A DNA stretch of 64,000 nucleotides from an uncultured virus (IMG/VR IMGVR_UViG_3300022926_000008). Its lineage: Duplodnaviria > Heunggongvirae > Uroviricota > Caudoviricetes. The DNA is taken from IMG/VR virus record IMGVR_UViG_3300022926_000008. One strand, given 5' to 3'. The translations under genes were made by a program, and so were the position numbers. Shown one piece after another: positions 48,611-60,676 of the stretch (position 1 is its first letter; each line of letters opens with the position of its first letter). The notes below the pieces were generated by a model, which saw only the letters and a program-made list of their open reading frames with translations, did no database searches and was not told the DNA's origin.

Positions 48611-49629
48611 CAGTAACAGCGGAACAGGCTATGGCCTCGCTAAATCCAAAGCTACGTAAAGGCATTAGCAATGGTGTGGGGATTAGTGTTACAACTCAGC
48701 CCACTCCCAGCATTGGTCTAAACCAAGCTCTGGGCGGAGGTTTGCCGTATGGAAGACAGGTACTCGTTTGGGGCAGCAAGTCAAGTGCGAAGTCATCGCT
48801 ATGCTTGCAGACTATTGCAGAGGCACAGAAAGACGGTAAGCTTTGTGCATGGATTGATGCAGAGATGTCTTACTCTGAAGAGTGGGCAGTAAGGCTGGGT
48901 GTTGATCCAGAACAGCTTATTTATTCGCAAGCCCGAACCATTAATGAGATGGTAGATGTTAGTGTTGCCCTGATGGAAGCAGGGGTAGATGTAATTGTTG
49001 TAGATAGCATTACCTCATTGTTGCCAGCCATTTACTTTGAAAAGGGTAGCGAGGAGCTTAAGCAGCTAGAAAATACTAAGCAGATTGGTGCAGAGTCTAG
49101 AGACTTTAGCAACGCCTGGAAGATGATTAACTATGCTAACAATAAGGTTAAGCCTACATTGTTTATCCTTATCTCTCAGTCTAGGAATAACATTAATGCT
49201 ATGTATACTAGTCAGCAACCATCTGGAGGACAGGCTACAAAATTCTACTCATCTACAGTAATTAAATTATTCTCGTCTGAGTCAGACAATCAAGCGTTGA
49301 AAGGAAAGATAGCTGTTGGGGATAAGCTCATTGAGGAAAAGGTTGGAAGAAAAGTACGCTGGGAAGTCCAGTTCTCAAAAACGTCGCCTGCGTTCCAGGC
49401 TGGTGAGTATGATTTTTACTTTAGAGGCGATCGGATTGGCATTGATACTGTGGGCGATCTGGTTGATACTGCAGAGCTACGTGGAATTGTAGAGCGTACT
49501 GGTGCTTGGTATCTAATGCCAGATGGCTCAAAGGTCCAGGGGCGAGATTCATTTATTGAAAAGGTAAGAGAAGATAAAGAGCTGCAAGAGCTGCTTACCA
49601 AACAATTGAATGGTGAAGCAGTTGGCTAG
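48607..49629 (+). CDS. recA: RecA-like recombinase
   Basis: LGGGLPYGR, WIDAE, IVVDSITSL, GGQATKFYSS, GAWY. Confidence 0.88.
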   Translation: MTVTAEQAMASLNPKLRKGISNGVGISVTTQPTPSIGLNQALGGGLPYGRQVLVWGSKSSAKSSLCLQTIAEAQKDGKLCAWIDAEMSYSEEWAVRLGVDPEQLIYSQARTINEMVDVSVALMEAGVDVIVVDSITSLLPAIYFEKGSEELKQLENTKQIGAESRDFSNAWKMINYANNKVKPTLFILISQSRNNINAMYTSQQPSGGQATKFYSSTVIKLFSSESDNQALKGKIAVGDKLIEEKVGRKVRWEVQFSKTSPAFQAGEYDFYFRGDRIGIDTVGDLVDTAELRGIVERTGAWYLMPDGSKVQGRDSFIEKVREDKELQELLTKQLNGEAVG

Positions 49630-49813
49630 TAGATATGTAATCCACGAAGGCTTGTTTCCTTGCCATACATGCAAGGAGGTTGTGAAGACCCTCAGGCACT
49701 ATGTGGAAGATCAAAACCTAACCTGGATGTGTAGCAAGAAGCACATGAGTGAAGTATCTTTACAGGCACGTAAGAAAACAAAGAAAGATTATGAGCGAAA
49801 AGAGCGAAGCTAA
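49610..49813 (+). CDS. Small Zn-ribbon protein
   Basis: CHTC...CSKKH. Confidence 0.5.
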   Translation: MVKQLASRYVIHEGLFPCHTCKEVVKTLRHYVEDQNLTWMCSKKHMSEVSLQARKKTKKDYERKERS

Positions 49814-50078
49814 AAAAATTGGAGCTAAGCTCCACAAGAACTCAGGTCGTAATACCAAAAAGGGCGATGCAACTTGGGATAACTTCTGTGTTGACTTTAA
49901 AGAGGTTGGCAAAAGTTTTACTTTAAATAAAGAAGTCTGGGCAAAAGCTGTAACTGATGCCTTGCGTAATAAGCTAGACCCTGCTATAATTGTAGTTCTG
50001 GGTGAAACCAGCAAAACACGCCTGGCTGTGGTAGAAGTATCATTGCTAGAGCAACTATTGGAAGAGAGAGACAGTTGA
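49791..50078 (+). CDS. Small PD-(D/E)xK nuclease, resolvase-like
   Basis: E...NSGR...KGDA...VDFKE. Confidence 0.55.
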   Translation: MSEKSEAKKIGAKLHKNSGRNTKKGDATWDNFCVDFKEVGKSFTLNKEVWAKAVTDALRNKLDPAIIVVLGETSKTRLAVVEVSLLEQLLEERDS

Positions 50079-50686
50079 AAAATATACTATTGCTAGACAT
50101 TGAGACTAAGCCAATCAAGGCTTATGTCTGGGGTCTATGGGACCAGAATGTTTACATAGATCAGATTATCGAACCTACAGAGATGCTCTGCTTTGGTGCA
50201 CGTTGGCTTGGACAAAAGAAGGTTACCTTTAAGTCTGTACACCACGACGGCAAGAAAGCTATGCTGGAAGAGCTGCACCGCATGATGGACAAGGCAGATG
50301 TGCTGGTAGGCTGGAACTCAGCCGCGTTTGATCACAAGCATATCAATCGAGAGTTCTTGGAGAATGGCATGCAGCCACCATCGCCAGTCAAGGACCTAGA
50401 CCTTATGTCAATTACCAAGGCCAACTTTGCCTTCCCATCTAACAAGCTTGACTATGTTGCCCAGCGTCTTGGCGTTGGTGCTAAGGTAAAGCACTCAGGA
50501 TTCCAGCTGTGGCTTGACTGCATGGCGGGGGACGACAAGGCATGGAGAGAGATGAAAAAGTATCAGCTGCAGGACGTTAACCTGCTCGCTGACCTCTACT
50601 ATGAGCTATTGCCATGGTTTGTTGGCAAGGGTAATGTTACCAGTACAGAGAAGCAAAAGATCCTAGAGTCGGAGTCCGTGGTATAA
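50075..50686 (+). CDS. RNase H-like / DEDD 3'-5' exonuclease
   Basis: LLDIET, GWNSAAFD, NKLDYVA, YQLQDV. Confidence 0.8.
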   Translation: MKNILLLDIETKPIKAYVWGLWDQNVYIDQIIEPTEMLCFGARWLGQKKVTFKSVHHDGKKAMLEELHRMMDKADVLVGWNSAAFDHKHINREFLENGMQPPSPVKDLDLMSITKANFAFPSNKLDYVAQRLGVGAKVKHSGFQLWLDCMAGDDKAWREMKKYQLQDVNLLADLYYELLPWFVGKGNVTSTEKQKILESESVV

Positions 50687-50690
50687 TATT

Positions 50691-51002
50691 ATGGTGGATA
50701 ACGAGAACAAGACTACTATCGATACGGTAAATGGTCTAGCAGAAATTGCTGACTATATGCAGGACGAAGAGTTAACCTCGGCACTCACTATGGTAGCAAA
50801 GTTGATTGTGAAACCAGACATTCCTATCAATATTGCCACGGTAGAGATTGTACGCCTGCAAGCAATTGCAGCCAAGATGTCCTTCAAGGCAACCTGGATG
50901 GCCAATGTAGATAAAGGAGACAGGGCTAAGAAGAATATATACTTTACCGCAGCTAGTTCAATTAATGAGCTTGTAGCAGCACTCAAGTATATTACCCGAT
51001 AA
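50691..51002 (+). CDS. Hypothetical protein
   Basis: Own TGGTATAAT at 50679; possible leaderless GTG start at 50694. Confidence 0.55.
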   Translation: MVDNENKTTIDTVNGLAEIADYMQDEELTSALTMVAKLIVKPDIPINIATVEIVRLQAIAAKMSFKATWMANVDKGDRAKKNIYFTAASSINELVAALKYITR

Positions 51003-51006
51003 TTTT

Positions 51007-51813
51007 ATGAGTAAAACTTTACTTGGCGAACTAATGCAGCAGGGTGCGTCAGAAAACAAAATGGCACAGCCAGAAGAAAGCATGGTAGCCCTTGTTGATA
51101 AAATCAACTCTGGCTATATTGCTAAGCGAGGCCCAAAGCATCAGCAGAAGAAAAGCTTTGCTCCGTCTACTATTGCCTACGGGCATGGAGAGTGTGCAAG
51201 GTATTGGTATCTAGCCTTTGAGGGCGGTACGTTTGAAGACTACGCAGATCCATTTGCTGGTGCTAATATGACTAATGGTATCAAGGGCCACGAAAGAATT
51301 CAGCAAGCAATAGAAGATGCTGGCATTATGATTGATTCAGAGTTTAAGATTACATATGAAGACCCTCCTATTTTTGGATTTGGAGATGTCCTGCTTGACT
51401 GGGAGGGCGAAGAGCTTTTAGGTGAAATTAAAACAGCTATGCAAGAAGGCTTTGAGTATCGTAAGAAGACTCGTAAGGCTAAGACAGGCCACCTAATCCA
51501 GATTCTTATCTACATGAAGATTCTTAAGAAAACAAAAGCAGTATTGATATATGAAAACAAAAATAATCATGAGCTGCTTGCTATTCCAGTAATTGCAACA
51601 CAGCCTAGAATAGATTGGACTAATAAAGCGTTTGATTGGATGAGAGAAGTTCGCAAGGCATGGGAAGAGAGAACTCTGCCTAAAAAGAACTACCGATCAA
51701 ATTCAAAAATATGCAAGACCTGCCCATTGGCAAAGGTCTGTGCGACAGCGGGCGAAGGAGACATTAAGATAAATGCCATGGAGCCGCTAGATGAAAATAT
51801 GTCAATGGTGTGA
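51007..51813 (+). CDS. Cas4-like PD-(D/E)xK exonuclease
   Basis: ECARYWY...G.KGHE...GD...GEIK...Q..IY...CKTCPLAKVC (split four-Cys motif). Confidence 0.8.
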   Translation: MSKTLLGELMQQGASENKMAQPEESMVALVDKINSGYIAKRGPKHQQKKSFAPSTIAYGHGECARYWYLAFEGGTFEDYADPFAGANMTNGIKGHERIQQAIEDAGIMIDSEFKITYEDPPIFGFGDVLLDWEGEELLGEIKTAMQEGFEYRKKTRKAKTGHLIQILIYMKILKKTKAVLIYENKNNHELLAIPVIATQPRIDWTNKAFDWMREVRKAWEERTLPKKNYRSNSKICKTCPLAKVCATAGEGDIKINAMEPLDENMSMV

Positions 51814-52084
51814 TGAGCCCTTCGAACCTAACGTAAAGTATCAGATTTACTGTGGAACAGACTGCAGGGAAGCTGCCACTAAAGAAAAAATTGTAGAGCG
51901 ATATGCAATAAATCGTAGAAATAAGTTGATGGGTAAAGACAGAAAGTGCAAGTCTTGCGGCTGCCAACTTTCTGCATATAATGATGAACAGCTTTGTCAG
52001 TCTTGTATTGTAAACCCCTCGGAAGTTGCAAAAGCTTTAAAGAAAATTAAAGGGGTAGCCAATGGTAAAGCTGAGCTTGATTAA
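51791..52084 (+). CDS. Cys-rich Zn-finger protein
   Basis: CQWC...YCGTDC...CKSC...CQSC. Confidence 0.6.
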   Translation: MKICQWCDEPFEPNVKYQIYCGTDCREAATKEKIVERYAINRRNKLMGKDRKCKSCGCQLSAYNDEQLCQSCIVNPSEVAKALKKIKGVANGKAELD

Positions 52085-52637
52085 CCCACAGCCTAGTCGT
52101 ATCTGTGCTATTGATGCAAGCACAAATAGTTTAGCGTTTGCTATGTTTAATGATGATGATCTTGAGGCTGTTGGCAAGATTGAATTTGCTGGAGCTAATA
52201 CTTATGCCAAGGTTAAAGATGCTGCAAGAAAAACTGCAGCATTCTTTCAGGCCTACGGGGTCCCAGAAGCTGTAGTAATTGAACACACGGTGTTTATGAA
52301 TAGCCCTAAGACCGCAGCTGACCTAGCTTTAGTCCAGGGAGCTTTGCTGGGAGCACTGGGGGTATCTGGATCAAAGATTATTAAATCAATTAATCCTATT
52401 GCTTGGCAAACTTTTATTGGTAATGGTAGATTAACCACACCAGAGAAGCAACTTATTAGATCTGATAATCCAGGCAAAAGTGATTCGTGGTACAAAACTA
52501 AAGAGCGAGAGTTTCGTAAACAAAGAACTATTCGCTTTGTAAACACTATGTATGATAGATCTATTAGTGATAATGATATTGCAGATGCTGTGGGTATTGG
52601 TCATTATGCTAAAGATAATTGGCAAAAGTTGACATAG
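52062..52637 (+). CDS. RuvC-like Holliday junction resolvase
   Basis: CAIDAST, VVIEH, DIADAVGIG. Confidence 0.75.
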   Translation: MVKLSLINPQPSRICAIDASTNSLAFAMFNDDDLEAVGKIEFAGANTYAKVKDAARKTAAFFQAYGVPEAVVIEHTVFMNSPKTAADLALVQGALLGALGVSGSKIIKSINPIAWQTFIGNGRLTTPEKQLIRSDNPGKSDSWYKTKEREFRKQRTIRFVNTMYDRSISDNDIADAVGIGHYAKDNWQKLT

Positions 52638-52657
52638 GGATCATAGTAAGGTAGAAT
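52629..52657 (+). promoter_or_regulatory. Sigma70/SigA-type promoter
   Basis: TTGACA-17 nt-TAGAAT, then 6 nt to ATG 52664. Confidence 0.8.
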
Positions 52658-52663
52658 ATATCA

Positions 52664-52810
52664 ATGGCAAAATTGTATCAAAACGCTGCTTGGCTTCGCA
52701 AAAGATATCACGTGGATAAAAAGACTCCACAAGAGATTGCAAAAGAGTGTGGCGTTAGCGATAAAACAATTTATACACATCTAGATAAATTTGGATTAAG
52801 GAAAAGATGA
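52664..52810 (+). CDS. Small HTH protein, 48 aa (absent from the ORF track)
   Basis: MAKLYQNAAWLRKRYHVDKKTPQEIAKECGVSDKTIYTHLDKFGLRKR. Confidence 0.75.
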   Translation: MAKLYQNAAWLRKRYHVDKKTPQEIAKECGVSDKTIYTHLDKFGLRKR

Positions 52811-52980
52811 GAGTAGTTAGGCACTTTATTAAAGTTGCCAAGTGGCAGTTTAAGCGGATTACCTGTAAGCATAATGTTGCAGGAGAAGCGTCATGCCCAT
52901 TTACTGGGCTGACATACGTTACATGTAATAATTGTGGTAAGCGGATAGGGGCATATAGAACCAATGAGCAGGGAAACTGA
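52807..52980 (+). CDS. Small Cys/His protein, 57 aa (absent from the ORF track)
   Basis: ATGA-coupled; CKH...CPFTG...CNNCGKR. Confidence 0.55.
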   Translation: MRVVRHFIKVAKWQFKRITCKHNVAGEASCPFTGLTYVTCNNCGKRIGAYRTNEQGN

Positions 52981-53239
52981 AAAAGCAATCACAGACGTAA
53001 TGTCTGACATAGCAGCAATGCTAATTGAAAAGAACAGGGCTTATGGAGACTCCGCCCTTGATCCAGTAAGGGTGTTCTCGAAGCAGGACAACATCGAGCA
53101 GCTATACGTACGTATTGATGACAAGCTGTCTCGAATTAAGAGGGGTTATGAGTACCCTGGAGATGATACAATATTTGACTTAGTCGGATACCTTGTGCTG
53201 CTGCTGGTAGCACAAGAAAGACTTAGAAATGAGCTTTGA
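52964..53239 (+). CDS. DUF1599 / Nmad1-like all-alpha protein
   Basis: EKNRAYGDS...VRIDDKLSRI...DTIFDLVGYLVL. Confidence 0.7.
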   Translation: MSRETEKAITDVMSDIAAMLIEKNRAYGDSALDPVRVFSKQDNIEQLYVRIDDKLSRIKRGYEYPGDDTIFDLVGYLVLLLVAQERLRNEL

Positions 53240-53480
53240 AAGATTTAGTTCTTCAGACGTTTATATGTTCCCACATGTAGGTGGTGGCATAGAATGTTGT
53301 GCATGCTTCTTGTCTTTAGAAGACGAGCCATTTCCTAACTTCAAGACTCCTAGAGAGGCCCTGGCCCATCTTGACAGTCACGTAGAAGCAGGGTATAATA
53401 TTGGTAGAGCTAAAGAATCAATACTAGAAGACTATAAAAATTTAGATGAAGTAATAGGGCCTTATCAGAAAGACGGGTAA
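53229..53480 (+). CDS. Hypothetical protein
   Basis: Coupled ORF; ECCAC and HLDSH. Confidence 0.5.
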   Translation: MSFERFSSSDVYMFPHVGGGIECCACFLSLEDEPFPNFKTPREALAHLDSHVEAGYNIGRAKESILEDYKNLDEVIGPYQKDG

Positions 53481-54514
53481 TGAGAGAGTATAGCAACAAA
53501 GAGCACATCGGTTTTGACGACATACTGCTAGTGCCACAATACACAGAAACAAATAGTCGTAGGGATATTTCCTTACATACAATGCTTGGCGGGCTGTCCA
53601 TGGGCATCCCATTCTTGGCAGCACCAATGGATACAGTGTGCGAGGCTGAGATGGCAGCTGCAATTCGCAGGCATGGTGGGTACGGGGTTATCCATAGATA
53701 CATGAGTATCTATGATCAGGTCCAGCAAATTAAAAAGGTAAAAGAGCTTGGTGGATCCGCTATAGGTTCTGTTGGAGCAAGGGGCTCGTTTCTTTCTGAC
53801 GCAATTAGTTTGGGCGAGGCAGGTGCCGTAGGTATTCTGGTTGACACAGCCAATGGACACAACCTAAATGCTATCGAAGCAGTCAAAGGCATTAGAACTA
53901 TTTATGGTGACAATATTCATATTATGGCTGGTAATGTTTCAACATGGGATGGATTTGCACGCTTGGCAGACGCGGGTGCAGACTCCATCAGGGTTGGCAT
54001 TGGAGGGGGCTCAGCTTGCACCACAAGGCTAGTAACTGGTCATGGGGTACCTACACTATCCTCTATTTTGGAAATAAGGGAGCGTATAGGCTATTCAGAG
54101 GGGCCTGGCCTTATTGCAGATGGTGGAATTAGAAACTCTGGCGATGCCGCCAAGGCACTTGCTGCTGGAGCTAATGCGGTTATGCTAGGCAGATTGCTTG
54201 CTGGTACGGATGAGTCGCCAGGCGAAATAGCTGGTGCTCCTGGACACGTTAAGCCGTTCAAGGTATTCCGAGGCATGGCCTCCGAAGAGGCTCAGGCGGA
54301 TGGCAAGGGCAAGGTGTCTGGAGTAGAAGGGGTTTCTACGACAGTGCCCTATATTGGATCCGTAGACCCAGTCCTTGATCAGTTAGTTGCTGGGGTAAAG
54401 AGTGCCCTTTCGTATACTGGTGTAGAAAACCTACTTGACTTTTACACCGAGAGCCTGTATAATAGAGTAACAAGTACAACGCTTAACGAAAGTAAGCCAC
54501 ACGCAAAGGAGTAA
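53480..54514 (+). CDS. IMP dehydrogenase / GMP reductase family enzyme without CBS domains
   Basis: [26 protein letters not shown] (catalytic Cys), IADGGI, FRGMAS. Confidence 0.9.
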   Translation: MREYSNKEHIGFDDILLVPQYTETNSRRDISLHTMLGGLSMGIPFLAAPMDTVCEAEMAAAIRRHGGYGVIHRYMSIYDQVQQIKKVKELGGSAIGSVGARGSFLSDAISLGEAGAVGILVDTANGHNLNAIEAVKGIRTIYGDNIHIMAGNVSTWDGFARLADAGADSIRVGIGGGSACTTRLVTGHGVPTLSSILEIRERIGYSEGPGLIADGGIRNSGDAAKALAAGANAVMLGRLLAGTDESPGEIAGAPGHVKPFKVFRGMASEEAQADGKGKVSGVEGVSTTVPYIGSVDPVLDQLVAGVKSALSYTGVENLLDFYTESLYNRVTSTTLNESKPHAKE

Positions 54515-54515
54515 G

Positions 54516-54806
54516 ATGCCTCGTCGCAAGAAGGTAGCAGTAAAGCCTAGCCCATTTACTATGGAGCCCTACATGGAGGTAGATGGCTTTCCCATTAACG
54601 CTGGTGATATTGTTAAGGTTAAGGGCGAATATGGGACTAAGTTCCAGTTTCGTGGTGTAACTACTAATACTATTACTGGATCTACATGGGTAGACTGCTA
54701 TGAAATCTTTAGGGGTAAGCCTCAGCAATTCCGAGCTTTTAAGGAAGACCGTATTAAGCGAGTACCACAGCGTGGAAAGCGAGCAAAGCGTGTCAGCCAA
54801 TCCTGA
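54516..54806 (+). CDS. Hypothetical protein
   Basis: AAGGAG RBS; basic termini. Confidence 0.55.
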   Translation: MPRRKKVAVKPSPFTMEPYMEVDGFPINAGDIVKVKGEYGTKFQFRGVTTNTITGSTWVDCYEIFRGKPQQFRAFKEDRIKRVPQRGKRAKRVSQS

Positions 54807-55332
54807 GGATCAGGTAGTTCAGCACTTAGACACTGTTAATAAGGTTGTTGGAGAATACCTAAAGGGCAGTGACCCAACTAAGATTTCTAAAGAGCTAGAT
54901 ATTCCCCGCACCAAGGTGACCTCTATGATTAAAGAGTGGCAGGCCATGGCTGCAGATAATACTGTTATTCGTGCCCGTGCTAAGGAAGCTCTTGCAGCTG
55001 CAGACGAACACTACAGCAGACTGATATCAAAAGCCTACGAGGTAATCGATGAGGCCACCACTACTGCAGACCTTCGCAGCAAGTCTGGCGGTATCAAGCT
55101 GGTCATGGATCTAGAGTCTAAGCGTATTGAGATGCTGCAAAAAGCTGGCTTGCTAGAGAACAAAGAGCTGGCAGAAGAAATGCTAGAGATTGAGCGTAGG
55201 CAAGAAATTCTTATGGTTATTCTTAAGGACATTGCAACAGAGCACCCTGAGATTCGTGATAAGATTATGTCTAGGCTTTCAGAAGCTTCGCAGAAACTAA
55301 ATGAAACGGTTACTATAGTACACAATGTTTGA
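54790..55332 (+). CDS. Putative terminase small subunit
   Basis: N-terminal HTH (PTKISKELDIPRTKV), helical, overlaps the large terminase; GTG start inferred. Confidence 0.55.
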   Translation: MSANPEDQVVQHLDTVNKVVGEYLKGSDPTKISKELDIPRTKVTSMIKEWQAMAADNTVIRARAKEALAAADEHYSRLISKAYEVIDEATTTADLRSKSGGIKLVMDLESKRIEMLQKAGLLENKELAEEMLEIERRQEILMVILKDIATEHPEIRDKIMSRLSEASQKLNETVTIVHNV

Positions 55333-57106
55333 TGATTTTTTAGAGGCACTAACAGATAGCCCATTCGAGGAAGAGCCAGTAGATGCTAAAACCTTCGTAG
55401 AGGGCGAAGACTACCTTGGCCAGCCACCCCTGTCTGACATACAGTATGATATCGTCAGGGCCATGAGCCAGATATATAAAGAAAAAGATCTGATGGCCCT
55501 CATGGGGGAAAAGAAAGGCAAGGAATACTTCCGTAAGTATACTAAGAATGAAATTATTCTTCAGCTTGGCAAGGGTAGTGGTAAAGACTTTACCTCAACT
55601 GTAGCAGTATCATATATCGTATATAAGCTGCTATGCCTTAAGGACCCAGCTAAGTATTTTGGTAAGCCATCTGGCGATGCTATTGATATTATTAACATTG
55701 CCATCAACGCACAGCAGGCCAAGAACGTTTTCTTTAAGGGTTTCAAGAGCAAGATCGAAAGGTCCCCATGGTTTGCTGGCAAGTACTATGCAAAAATGGA
55801 CTCCATTGACTTTGATAAATCTATTACTGTTTACTCTGGTCACTCAGAGCGTGAGTCACATGAGGGACTTAACCTTTTAGTAGCTGTACTAGATGAGATT
55901 TCTGGTTTTGCTAGCGAAACAGGTAGCGGCAATGAGCAAGGCAAGACAGCAGATAATATATACAAGGCCTTCCGCGGTACTGTAGACTCTCGATTCCCAG
56001 ACCTGGGAAAGGTAGTGCTCTTGTCCTTTCCGCGTTATCCAGGAGACTTTATTTCAACTAAGTATGAGGACTGCATCTTAGAGAAAGATATTGTAACTCG
56101 TAATCATAAGTTTATTATTAATCCAGATCTGCCAGAAGATGCAGATGGTAATTCTTTAGAGATCGAATGGGACGAAGAACAAATTGTGTCATACAAATAC
56201 CCAAATGTGTTTGCACTAAAGCGTCCCACGTGGGAAGTAAACCCTACAAGGTCTATTGAAGACTTTAAGCTAGCATTCTATACTGACATGGGCGATGCTA
56301 TGATGCGTTTTCTCTGTGTCCCAAAGTATGCTTCGGATGCTTTCTTTAAACAAAGAGAAAAAGTTTCTGCATGTATGACTGGTCGCAATCCAGTAGACAA
56401 CTTTAAAAGATTTGACGAGTCCTTTAAGCCAGACCCAGATAAAAGATACTACGTCCACGCTGACCTTGCACAAAAACATGACAAGTGTGCTGTTGCAATT
56501 GCTCACGTTGAGAAGTGGGTCAATATTCAGGTAGTGAAAGACTATGAGCAGGTAGTTCCCTTTGTTGTAGTAGATGCCGTGGCATGGTGGGAACCGAAGA
56601 TCGAGGGACCAGTCGACCTGTCTGAGGTTAAGCAGTGGATCCAGAACCTTAGGAGGCTCGGTCTTGATATCGGAATGGTATCCTTTGACCGCTGGCAGTC
56701 ATTCGATATTCAGAATGAGCTTAAGGCCGTGGGTATGAGAACCGAAACTGTTTCCGTAGCTAAGAAACACTATGAAGACATGGCAATGCTAATTTATGAA
56801 GAGCGTCTAGTAATGCCTTCTATCGATCTTTTGTTCGAAGAATTGACAGAGCTAAAGATTATGAATAACAACAAGGTCGACCACCCACGCAAAAAGTCTA
56901 AGGACCTAGCAGACGCTGTCTGTGGTGCTGTGTTTGGTGCGATTTCTCACACTCCCAGGAACCGCAATCAAGAAGTAGAGATTCATACCTTCAGGGACAG
57001 GCCGAAGGTTAATGTTGCGGACCTACCAGACAATGTGATAAACTATAGACCCAAGGAAATGACAGACGATGTTCGGAGCTACTTGGACCAGTTTGGTTTA
57101 ATTTAG
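55325..57106 (+). CDS. Terminase large subunit
   Basis: Walker A LGKGSGKD, Walker B VAVLDE, nuclease HADLA, FDRWQS, KDLADA. Confidence 0.9.
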   Translation: MFDDFLEALTDSPFEEEPVDAKTFVEGEDYLGQPPLSDIQYDIVRAMSQIYKEKDLMALMGEKKGKEYFRKYTKNEIILQLGKGSGKDFTSTVAVSYIVYKLLCLKDPAKYFGKPSGDAIDIINIAINAQQAKNVFFKGFKSKIERSPWFAGKYYAKMDSIDFDKSITVYSGHSERESHEGLNLLVAVLDEISGFASETGSGNEQGKTADNIYKAFRGTVDSRFPDLGKVVLLSFPRYPGDFISTKYEDCILEKDIVTRNHKFIINPDLPEDADGNSLEIEWDEEQIVSYKYPNVFALKRPTWEVNPTRSIEDFKLAFYTDMGDAMMRFLCVPKYASDAFFKQREKVSACMTGRNPVDNFKRFDESFKPDPDKRYYVHADLAQKHDKCAVAIAHVEKWVNIQVVKDYEQVVPFVVVDAVAWWEPKIEGPVDLSEVKQWIQNLRRLGLDIGMVSFDRWQSFDIQNELKAVGMRTETVSVAKKHYEDMAMLIYEERLVMPSIDLLFEELTELKIMNNNKVDHPRKKSKDLADAVCGAVFGAISHTPRNRNQEVEIHTFRDRPKVNVADLPDNVINYRPKEMTDDVRSYLDQFGLI

Positions 57107-57152
57107 CACAAAATATTGTGTGTTTTTTCAGGGTAAACAGCAGATGTAGTAA
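57106..57152 (+). promoter_or_regulatory. Tandem NrdR-box-like operators
   Basis: gcaCaAaATaTtGtgt (57106-57121) and acagcAgATgTaGtaa (57137-57152), starts 31 bp apart, upstream of nrdI. Confidence 0.7.
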
Positions 57153-57167
57153 AAAAGGAGTGTACAA

Positions 57168-57567
57168 TTGATACCTATTGACATTGTATACTTCTCAAAT
57201 TATTCGGGAAATACTAAGAGATTTGTGGAGAGACTAGATGGAAACCGTGGTTATCGTATTCCTATCGATACTAGGAGTGATAATGTCGTTGCAGTTGATC
57301 GGGAGTTTGTTCTTTTTGTACCTACTTACGGTGGTGGCGAAGCTAGAACAGCGATCCCCCGACAAGTACGACATTTCTTAAATGTCAAACAGAACCGAGA
57401 GCTGCTCCGTGGAGTAGTCGGTCTTGGCAATACCAATTTTGGTGAACATTACTGCAAGGCTGCAGAACTTATTTGTGAAAAGACAGGGGTACCGTTGATC
57501 GCAAGAGTAGAAGTATTTGGTACCAACGAAGACGTAGACAAAGTAAAAGAAAGGCTGAACCTACTAT

Positions 57568-57584
<17 letters not shown>
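57168..57584 (+). CDS. nrdI: Class Ib RNR flavodoxin NrdI
   Basis: [30 protein letters not shown]. Confidence 0.95.
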
Positions 57585-60644
<3,060 letters not shown>

Positions 60645-60676
60645 TGTATAATAGAAAAGACAGATAAGGAATTATT

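Noticed and set aside
51007..51813. Cas4 as a sign of a CRISPR-Cas system
   Set aside because: Stand-alone Cas4-like nuclease in a recombination module; no array or other cas genes seen.
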